Shown here in pieces: positions 24,559-33,583 of a stretch of 33,583 nucleotides of DNA. A program made the position numbers and the translations under genes. The stretch is from Ginkgo biloba (Eukaryota; Plantae; Ginkgophyta). Under the pieces are notes generated by a model. It ran no database searches. It worked only from the letters and a program-made list of their open reading frames with translations, and had not been told where the DNA came from. Each line of letters opens with the position of its first letter. The stretch's first letter is position 1. The DNA lies in NCBI GenBank assembly GCA_024626585.2, contig JANKJI020000002.1:17146436-17180018 (forward strand), read 5' to 3'.

Positions 24559-27315
24559 ATGGAAGCCATTGCCATGGGAGCAGCGAGCAATGTTATTGGC
24601 ACCCTCTTCATAAAAGTTATTCAAGAGGTGAATAATGTTGTTAATTTTGTTGAAGATGCGGAAGAGATGCGAGCTGAACTTTATCGTGTAAAAACTCTGG
24701 TAAACGAGATAACGGATCGCCATCAAAAGATTAACCCTCCGAAACCTGTGGAGGATTGGCTTAATAGAGTTCATCCAGAGCTCAAAACTGCAGATGCTAT
24801 ACTCACTGACTATAACAGCCGGCAGAACAAGTGTCTTATAAGTTGCTGCCCTGAATGCTTCTTCCGCCTCAAACTCAGCAAGAAGATCAAAACCTGGAAA
24901 AGCAATATTCAGAAACTTAATGACCAGGCAAGTAAAGACTTTAAATTGATTCATCATGTTCACAATGTTTTATCCAGGGCAGTGGTCGACAAAGATAATT
25001 TGGTTCAGCATGTTATTGACACAAATGATTTAGTTCAACCTGTGCCCGAGTCTGGCTTCGTAGGCGAGAAAATAAAAGATGCACAATTGCAGCTGGAGCA
25101 GTGGCTGATCAGAGACGATAGCACTAGATTTATTAGTGTATATGGCATGGGTGGAGTTGGTAAGACTTCGCTACTGAAAAATATCTACAATAGTCAGGAG
25201 GTGAGGAAATCCTTTGATGTGATAATCTGGACCACCGTCTCAAAAAAATTTCTCATAAAAAATTTACAGAGTTGTATTGCTGATAGAATACATAGGATCT
25301 GCCACAACATTTGAGCGTCGATGTGCGAGCAATGAAGTTGTATTCATCCTTGAAGCAAATGAAACTTGTTCTGATACTTGAGGATATGTGGAGCAAAATT
25401 AACCTTGAGGAACTGGGCATGACGTCTAGAGAAAGTGGATGCAAAATTGTTCTGAGCACTCGCAGCGAAGAAGTATGCAGGAATATGAGGGCAGATCGGG
25501 CTATGAAGATGGAACCTCTGTCTGAAGAAGAAGGATGGGTATTGTTTTGCAGAGGAGCTTTTGGGGATGAAGATGATGGAAATATTCCGAGGGATATCGA
25601 GCCCATTGCCAGAGAAATTGCAGCGGAGTGTAAAGGTTTACCGCTTGCTATAAATGTAGTATCGGCTGCCATGGCAATGCAGACGGACTCAAGCAAGTGG
25701 AAATTTGTTTTAAAATCGATGAAATCAGGGGACGATACGTTTTACAGCATTCACAGTGAGATCGAGCGAGATCTGTTTCAGCGTCTAAAATGGAGTTCCA
25801 ATGCTCTGCCAGACGATTTGAAGATATGCTTCTTATACTTCGCTGCTTTTCTAGAAGACAAAGAGATCGACCCTCGAGAACTGGTTGAAATATGGATAGC
25901 AGAAGGGCTTTTTAAAGGCAGAGAGCACGGGTATTTAGAGGCCAAGGGGAACTGTTTGGTAAAGGTTCTCAGAGATCGTTGTTTGATCGAATTAATCGAT
26001 GAGCATACATTGGCAAGGGTTCATGGCTGTAAAATGCATGATATTCTTCGTGATTTGGCAATACAGATTGGGGAGAAAGAGGANNNNNNNNNNNNNNNNN
26101 NNTTGGTTCTTTCAAGCAGGTCAGAATATCGAAACTTTTCCTGTTGAAGAATCAAGTGTTTTTTCAGAAGGATATCTCTAATGTCTAACAATATATGTTG
26201 TCTGCCAACGAATTTTGAAAACCCTAATCTTATCAGTATGATGTTAGCGGAGAATGGTGGTCTTGAAGAGATTCCAAACAGCTTCCTGCTCAATCTTCCA
26301 TCATTGATGGTGTTGGATCTGAGGCGGACGATGATCAAGTCTTTGCCCACATCTATTGGACAGCTGAAAAATCTCGCGTATCTCAATCTCTCTCAAATCG
26401 GTATTGAGGATTTGCCTGAAAGCATAGGCGATCTCAATAGACTTGGGTTTTTGAACCTGAGTTACTGTCAAAACCTAAAATCTCTGCCTGTCACAATAAG
26501 TGCTCTCAAATGTCTGAGAACTCTTGATTTATACTCATGCCACAAATTGTATGTTCTTCCGCATCAAATTTCAGAGCTTACATCAATGGAGAGATTAAAA
26601 TTGAGTTGGAGCCATGCATTGGGTGAAGAAGAAGCAAATAGTTTGGTTAATGCAGGAGAGCAGAGGAAGGAGGCTAGCTTAAAGGATCTGAAACAGTTGA
26701 GACGCTTGAGGAATTTAACATTAAACATAAGATCACCACTCCGAGGAGGAGTATCTGGAAATTGGGTGAAGATGAGAGATTTGTGGTTGACCTGCTATGG
26801 TGTTGATCAAGAGGATCTTCCAGATGACATGCAGGCGACGGTAGAGATTGAATATTTTCGTCTTTCTGAATGCAATGTAGTACGACTGCCCGATTGGATT
26901 TGCGAATTTCAAAATTTGCAATGGATATGGTTGCAGTCCTTCACGCAATTGAAACAGCTCCCTGACTTTGGGAGATTGCCAAGTTTGAGAAAACTATGGT
27001 TAGGTGGATGCCATAAGTTGGAGGAGTTGGGTGTGGGGTTTGGGACGGCAGGCGGGTTCCCAATGTTAGAGGAGTTGCGGTTGTGTCTTCTGCCATCGTT
27101 GGTGAGAGTATGTGAGAGTGTTGGAAGAAGGAGCGATGTTAAGGTTGAAGAAGTTAAGAGTGGAAAGATGTCGGAAATTGCAGAGATTGCCATTGGGAAT
27201 GGAGAGGCTCAAGAATCTTCAGTTATTGGAAGGAGAGCAACATTGGTGGGATGGTCTTATTTGGGAAAATGAAACGATGCAAAATCATCTCCAAAGCATA
27301 TATGTTAGATTTTAA
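24559..27315 (+). pseudogene. Intronless CC-NB-ARC-LRR (CNL, RPS2/RPS5-like) disease-resistance gene, ~910 aa when reconstructed, disrupted by three frameshifts
   Basis: ATG at 24559 (MEAIAMGAASNV); CC domain with 'VEDWL' and 'KCLISCCPEC..RLKLSKKI'; P-loop GMGGVGKT (25144-25167); RNBS-A FDVIIWTTVS; kinase-2 LVLILEDMW; RNBS-B GCKIVLSTRS; GLPL (CKGLPLAI); RNBS-D CFLYFAAF; MHD (26034-26042); LRRs 'LMVLDLRRTMIKSLPTSIGQLKNLAYLNLS'; C-terminal 'WWDGLIWE', TAA at 27313-27315. Frameshifts at ~25294, ~26148-26165 and ~27102-27119; 19-N gap at 26084-26102. Confidence 0.93.
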
Positions 27316-27340
27316 ATCCAACATCACTAGAGAAACTGCC

Positions 27341-27418
27341 AATAAATTGATGTTAGATTATCAATAAACTTATTTTACCCATAGGAATGAATGTGTGTTA
27401 AGAAAGAGAGAGAGAGAA
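27341..27418 (+). terminator. Candidate polyadenylation signals and (AG)n tract in the NLR 3' UTR
   Basis: AATAAA at 27341 and 27363; AG repeat at ~27404-27417. Confidence 0.3.
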
Positions 27419-27594
27419 GGGGCTTGCTATCATGGGGTGCTTGTTATTTATATATAGATAAGATTCAATTTGATTAATAAATGATTAATTTTTGCCAATA
27501 TTTGAGTCAAATGTAGAAGTTTGATATAGGTGTTTTCAATTGAAAGTATAGTAGTTGAGCCTTGAAAAATACATGGGTTGTGATGTGGCAAAAT

Positions 27595-27757
27595 TATTTT
27601 TTTGTAATGCAATAATTTTTTCTTTGTTGACTTGATTCAATAAATGCTCCCAATACATCAATATTCATTAAATAGAGCTCACAAGTGCATCCCCAAGATT
27701 TGAACCTTGGTCATGATGGTGGAAGCAGTGACTCTTTACCACTTCAACCACTCTTGG
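27595..27757 (-). mobile_element. tRNA-Gly-like SINE head or tRNA pseudogene with short body and A-rich tail
   Basis: Minus: GAGTGGTTGAAGTGGTAAAG (A box, 27739-27750) ... CTTCCAC (TCC anticodon-like loop) ... GACCAAGGTTCAAATCTTGG (T arm/B box, 27697-27706) GGATGCA. The anticodon and acceptor stems do not pair well; there is an A-run at ~27597-27603; no TSD seen. Confidence 0.6.
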
Positions 27758-28199
27758 GTATAATCGGTACATGAGAGGTTCACACCCATGGTAAGATTTT
27801 CTTTCCAAAATATCTCTCTCTTACACATAACTTTTATTACATATATCTTATTTCTCTTTTTTGAAGAATACACAGTCTTGTATATTTCATGTTTACTTGT
27901 GCAAGAATTATCATGCAGCCATTAGGGGCATGTACATCCCCCAACTAGTAAGATTACATAAGGGGGGCAAAGTCCCTATAGATCTTGGACATGATTCAAC
28001 TCTACTTAAAAACTATCATTGCATGCACAATGACCATTCCACTGAGCCTCAACTCGGTTGAATACTAAGCTTATACTTAGGGCCAACACCCTTAATCTTA
28101 TATAGGCGTCTATTTAGCATAAAATTAACAAGTACTCACCTTTATTCTGAATGGATGTAGGTGAGATAACTTCTCTTACAATTTTTTGGCACATAGGAA

Positions 28200-29464
28200 G
28201 TATTCCAGACCTTACTTCCATAGCCATAAGATGAGCATCCTTATGCTAACCTTGAGCTCATTACAACTTTCATTGTAAAATATTAACCAAGTATCCTTCT
28301 TGAAGGGTAGTGTAAGGTCTAGAGATAAAATCATATGATGGNNNNNNNNNNNNNNNNNNNNNNNNNNNNNNNNNNNNNNNNNNNNNNNNNNNNNNNNNNN
28401 NNNNNNNNNNNNNNNNNNNNNNNNNNNNNNNNNNNNNNNNNCTTGCATAATATATAAGCCATGTAGCTTTTTAGGCATCCTCTTACATCAGAATCTCACT
28501 CAGGTCAATCAGGGGGTATTAATATATAGGATAAAATACTTTTAAAAATTGGAAGGAACAAGGATAGGGGGTCATATGAGAGTCTCCTTTACTCTTTATA
28601 AATATTATTTCACTTCTAATTTCTAAGTAAATATAGCATTACCTTTTAGGATGTAATTAATAGGCTTAATCATTTCGGCATAATCTTAGCTAAATCGGGC
28701 AATGTAATTGATCTTTCAAAATAAAGACCATAACTCTCTTTTTCCCTAAGGTAAAAGGAGTTAGTGTTTACACTAAATCTTTTTTATCTTGACCTTGAGT
28801 CCATTATGTAAAATGATAAAGTTGAGTAGATNNNNNNNNNNNNNNNNNNNNNNNNNNNNNNNNNNNNNNNNNNNNNNNNACATTGTAGTGGTGGCATCTC
28901 TAAAGGACCAATTTCAAATGGTCAAAGTGGTAAAACCTAGTTTTCATATGAATGGTAAGATCATAAAAATAAAATTGTATGACATATGTAATTAGGTCAT
29001 GAAACATAGTGTTTATTTCCCTCTAAAATGTTGTTCTAGCATATTACTGAGGATAAAGGGCGTAACATTATATGTGAAAGTACCCCATGGAATTTTGAAT
29101 ATAGTTTTTATCTTATCTTCCTTCTATATTTTTATTTTGTTATATCCTAAAAAATTATACAATAAGGAGATAACTGCTAAGATAGAGATCTAGAATAACC
29201 TCCCAAATTTGGGGAATAGGAAAGCTATCATTTTTAATTCTCATATTTATGTTGTGAAATTATATGTAGATGAAAATATCATTATTATTTTTTTAGACAG
29301 GCATTATGTTTTAAACCTAGGTGGAATAATCCATCAAGAAGATAACCTTGACATATAACATCTTTTTTACTTCCTTCTTAATGACAACATTAAGAGTAGG
29401 GTTATCATTCTCTTACACTATCAGAAGGGCTTAACTTTAGGGTGTAAGGGAATATGATGCAAGG
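28200..29464 (-). mobile_element. Degenerate Ty3/gypsy (Tat/Athila-type) reverse transcriptase region
   Basis: Minus: 'DYST*V*NIMPV*KK' (~29290-29335), 'DSFPIP', 'LGYNKIKI*KEDKIKTIFKIPWGTFTYNVTPFILSN' (~29040-29150; cf. SGYNQI...D..KT.F.TPWGTF.Y.VMPFGL.N). Confidence 0.82.
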
Positions 29465-29564
29465 NNNNNNNNNNNNNNNNNNNNNNNNNNNNNNNNNNNN
29501 NNNNNNNNNNNNNNNNNNNNNNNNNNNNNNNNNNNNNNNNNNNNNNNNNNNNNNNNNNNNNNNN

Positions 29565-30337
29565 AATATTATATATGTGAATCATATGCCAACAATATTA
29601 AATATGTAAGATATAAGTGGTGGGACCATGTTGTAAGGATAACCATAAATTAGGTGCAAAATAGTGGTAGGCTATGATCTAGGATAGGGCCCATTTTGAG
29701 TATATAAGGGTAGTCAAGTGTTATTTGTAACATACTCTTGTAGGATTTGGAATATTTGGGGATATTTTTTCTCAATGATGACTTTTAGACTCAAGTAAGA
29801 CCCACTTATGACATTATGAACTTTATATTATGATTTTTTGGGTTTTGTTTCATGGATTTTCATTATATGGTGCATTATTCACTTCTCTATTATTCTATTT
29901 CTTTATATTAAGTTATTTTGTATTAATTTTAAGTAGAATCATCCTTATCATGACCTAAAATGGTTATGTTATGCAAAATTAATACAAAATGATATAAAAC
30001 AAACAAATACAATAGTATACACATAAACCAAACATCATATAATAAAAATATGTGCCATAAATCCAAATAGTTTATAACATAAAGTTCACCATATCACAAG
30101 TGGGATTCACTTGAGCCCACAATTCATCAATGAAAAAAATGGTCCATAAAGATTCTAAATCATATAATTGCAGGTTACAAATGACGCTCAAGTGCCCTTA
30201 CATACTCAAAATGGACTTCCATGGACTAAATCATAGCCTACCTCTACTTTACACCTACTTTATGGTTATCCAACAAACATAAGCCCACTACTTCCCTTAC
30301 ATAATGAATCTAATTAACCATAGTCATATACAATATT
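29565..30337. repeat. Long diverged inverted repeat (palindrome), arms ~385 bp, centre ~29950
   Basis: Exact reverse-complement anchors: GGATAACCATAAA 29637-29649 / 30259-30271; GGTAGGCTATGAT 29666-29678 / 30230-30242; CCATTTTGAGTAT 29691-29703 / 30202-30214; ATTTTGTATTAATTTT 29915-29930 / 29975-29990. All are collinear about one axis. Confidence 0.92.
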
Positions 30338-30369
30338 TTAGGGACATAATACTTATGATTGATGTTTAT

Positions 30370-31145
30370 ACCTAACTATTTATTTCTCCTTATATCAAGA
30401 AAGTTATTTGTACTTCTTAAATGTACCATGACTAAAATTTTAGATTTGTATAGAAATCCATTTACCTTATATGTGTATAAGCTTGGTAATATAATCATTA
30501 TTGATAATGTTATCTCAAGTTTCTTTGTTTTCATAGGTGGTTTCTTAATGATGTCATCACTATGGTTCTCTTTGTCTTTGTTGTTATTATTGTCTATAGA
30601 CACTTATTCTTATTATTATTTAAGATGATGTTCTAACTATGGTTCTTTATTTAGTTCTTCCACCATGTAGAATTTATTTTGTGGCTTCTTGTAGATATGG
30701 CCTTTTGCTTAAGATTCTTTGTAATTAAAAGTTAATATTATTTTATTTTCTTTCATTGATTTATTATTAAGAGAGTTATTTTCTATGGGTATTTCCTTAT
30801 TGAAACCTATTNNNNNNNNNNNNNNNNNNNNNNNNNNNNNNNNNNNNNNNNNNNNNNNNNNNNNNNNNNNNNNNNNNNNNNNNNNNNNNNNNNNNNNNNN
30901 NNNNNNNNNNNAACCTATTAGAACTAACAGCGTGGATCTGATACAAAATGATGTATCATCATCCTCTTTTTTATGTATGGAAGTGTGTAAGCAAGAAGTA
31001 CTCAAAGGATCGCCTTTAGGTAATTTCTATCCATGAATGAGGCTATTACAACTTTTTCTATCTGTAAATTGGTTATAATGTACTATGTATAGAAAAATCT
31101 AATTCTTAGAATATCCTTATATTCATCCCTCTATCATTCACTACA
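30370..31145 (-). mobile_element. Possible decayed Ty1/copia (SIRE-like) gag region
   Basis: Minus 'NGFLYKSK..FSHG' (~30420-30465) resembles a decayed 'NGxCxxCxxFGH' knuckle, and 'ILSKRP' lies upstream (~30700). Weak. Confidence 0.25.
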
Positions 31146-31198
31146 NNNNNNNNNNNNNNNNNNNNNNNNNNNNNNNNNNNNNNNNNNNNNNNNNNNNN

Positions 31199-33583
31199 TA
31201 CCATTAATTTATTCTATGGCACTATGGATTTTTCTTACATAGTCAAACACCCAAGAAAAGAATATTTCATAAGTTTGAATAGGACATGTGGCTACATGCA
31301 AAGTACTTACACATAAATATATAATTTGGAAGACATATATGGATAGAATATAAGATAGATTGTATTGATAAATCTACCTTGTAGATATAAGAGAATATCT
31401 CTTACAAGATTATTTGTGGACAAATTCAAGATNNNNNNNNNNNNNNNNNNNNNNNNNNNNNNNNNNNCCAAAAATCATCGCTATTCAAATACATATGTGC
31501 CATGCATGATTTCTATAAGTTGGACTTGTTATCCATGCAAGAAGCCCTTTTATGTGCATGGGTATGTTTCTAATCTAGGAGAAAACCTGATATAGTAAAA
31601 ACTCCTATTCTAAGCTAGGACAAATAAGGAAAGTATATGTCCACACTTTTTCCCTTTGGTAATATTCCCTCATGTAAATCAAGGTCATGTGACCTCTATA
31701 GGGAGTTAGGCCTATGTTCTCTTTCTTAGTCTATATGTGTGCACCTGATGGCACATCACCCTCTACTTAACAAATTGTGCATTTTTTTAAGAACGCCAAC
31801 TTTTCCCAAGTTCATTACCCTACCTAAAGGCTATTATGTATAAGAAACTAACAAAATATATGTTTCTCCTTGGCAACATTTATATTCCAAATAACTTAAA
31901 TTTTTCATAGCCAAGCCTGTTATGGGTCAATAAACTTATAGATTCTATTACACCTTTCTACTAAGTCCATAAAAGGCTTAATTTTTATAGAGATCTTTAT
32001 AATTATAAAATGAAAAATAAGGGTATCAAGATCGCATATCTAATCTATCCATTAGGGCTTCTAACTCTTAATCAAATGCTTATGTATAAAATCTTGGGGG
32101 ATTATTGTAATTATTTTGTGGAACAAAGATTTCCTATGCTAAAGTTCAAAAGCATCCATATATTATCTATTTGCTTTTTAAAACATAATCAAAACAAAGA
32201 AGAAAAGGTTATTCCATACAATTTCCCTCTAAATTTTATCAGCATACTTTACCAAATAGACCAATTAGGGGTAGGCAATCCACTTTGATGGTCTTATCCA
32301 TTCCACTACAAAAATTTACTACCCCTCTCCCAAGACTTCTAAATATCCTTGAAGATTAATGAGCCTCTCATTTTGAACTAAGCTAAGGTAGTTAATATAT
32401 GATCTAAACCCATACCATCTTAGGACCTTAGACCAAGAGGGAGGCTATAAGAGATTATGAATTAGACCAAACTATTCCACACCACTTCACCAAACAATGA
32501 GCAAATGATCCATTCACAAACTAGGGAAGTATCGTGGGCTTGAATATCCATTATCATTATGCCCCTTACATATTTTATTAAGAAAAGCATTGCATCTTTA
32601 ACTTTGAATAGGGAGTAATGGTTAGGGGAACCACTCTATAAAAAGTTCCTAAGAAGGGAAGTCAATTATTTATAAACTAAGGCTAATAGGACCAAGAAGG
32701 AGGAAAAACATATATGAACCAAAGAGAGAAGCTTTCCAACTACCTGAATCCTTTCATCCCAAGAAGGTCCTTTACATTCCAATAGGAGAACTTTATTTTT
32801 ATTCCATCTATAACAATATACCACATCTATCTTGGCAAAATTCCAAATCTAAAGGGGATGCCAAGAAAATGAAAGATCTTCATTTCATTTTCTAATCGTA
32901 GTCCAAGACCCATGCTAGGGTGTCAACTATGCCTTGAAAATAGCATAAGGACTTCTAAAGATAAGTAGTAAATCTAGATTCATCACATAACACCTCAATT
33001 TATTATGTCATCAATTATCATTTTTTTATTTATTTACTTGAACAGTGAGGCTAGTGTCATCTACAAATTATACATAAAGCATTTTCTTACTAGTATTTAG
33101 CAGTGAGATACCCTGAAGAAGATTCACCTATTGCTTCTAGGGGGAAGCTGTTCCTAAGATCTTTACAAATGAAGAATATCTGATAGACCCCTATTAACCA
33201 TAACCTTGGGTGAAGCCTATGAGAATAACTTCTTGACCCCTCAATAGAACAAATTGCCAAAATCCACCTTATAGAGATATATAAGGATGAAATCCCAATG
33301 AACCTTACCTTGGGACTTCTCAAAATTGATCTTAAGGAATAAAGGTGACTGCTTAGACTCCCAATCCCACTCCATTCCTTTGCTTATATCCAATATGTTA
33401 TCCAAAATGAATGTCCCTTTCATAAATCCTATTTACTCATATTAAATGATTCCTTATAAAGAGTGAAAGATTTTGAGTGCCAAGATCTTAGCTAGAACTT
33501 TTATAGGAGACATTAAAAATAGTGATGGGATGCCATCCTCCCATGAATTGAAGGCCCCCTTCTTCGTTGGAAATCATCTTAAT
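31199..33583 (-). mobile_element. L1-clade LINE ORF2 (reverse transcriptase and downstream region), degenerate; runs off the window end
   Basis: 'KGTFILDNILDISKGMEWDWESKQSPLFLKINFEKSQGKVHWDFI' (33241-33423; cf. GRxIxDN...KxDFEKAYDxVxW); 'FVDDTSL' (FADD motif, ~33047-33067); 'FHFLGIPF' (~32852-32876); 'DGMGL' (~32405-32420). Confidence 0.88.

Noticed and set aside
24574-24594. Possible N-myristoylation motif MGAASNV at the second Met of the NLR
   Set aside because: It is not the first ATG, and Ser is not at the canonical position 6 (MGxxxS).
26084-26102. Frame change across the 19-N gap counted as a fourth frameshift or an intron
   Set aside because: Gap length is only an estimate; the protein context (IGEKEE..WFFQAG) suggests only a few bases are missing.
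24082-27193. Minus-strand ORFs over the NLR and its promoter (24082-24501, 24535-24963, 25253-25696, 26021-26386, 26733-26948, 26909-27193)
   Set aside because: Antisense shadows of the coding sequence with no recognisable domain; the poly-Phe comes from the A20 tract.
144-33423. Most short ORFs in the track, especially those containing X runs
   Set aside because: They are open only because N gaps hide stops, or they are chance or antisense frames of decayed TEs.

Overview
AT-rich eukaryotic (plant, most likely gymnosperm/conifer-type) scaffold with many N gaps. Most of the window is old, heavily C>T/G>A-decayed transposon sequence: several Ty3/gypsy remnants (chromovirus, Athila-like, Tat-like), two L1-type LINE fragments and a tRNA-Gly-like SINE head. 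The only near-complete host gene is an intronless CC-NB-ARC-LRR (NLR) immune receptor at 24559-27315, broken by three frameshifts but with retained CpGs, an upstream W-box/CGCG cluster and a miR482/472-type site on its P-loop. Three structures are not shown by the ORF track. One is a HAESA/HSL-like LRR receptor-kinase fragment followed by a Helitron-like 3' end and bracketed by ~138-bp direct repeats (8724-9796). Another is an almost spacerless, diverged ~770-bp palindrome (29565-30337). The third is an 8-bp direct repeat with a 2-nt insert that causes the last NLR frameshift. I see no firm evidence of a wholly new biological system; these are the best leads. All calls come from reading and hand-translating the sequence, with no database searches.
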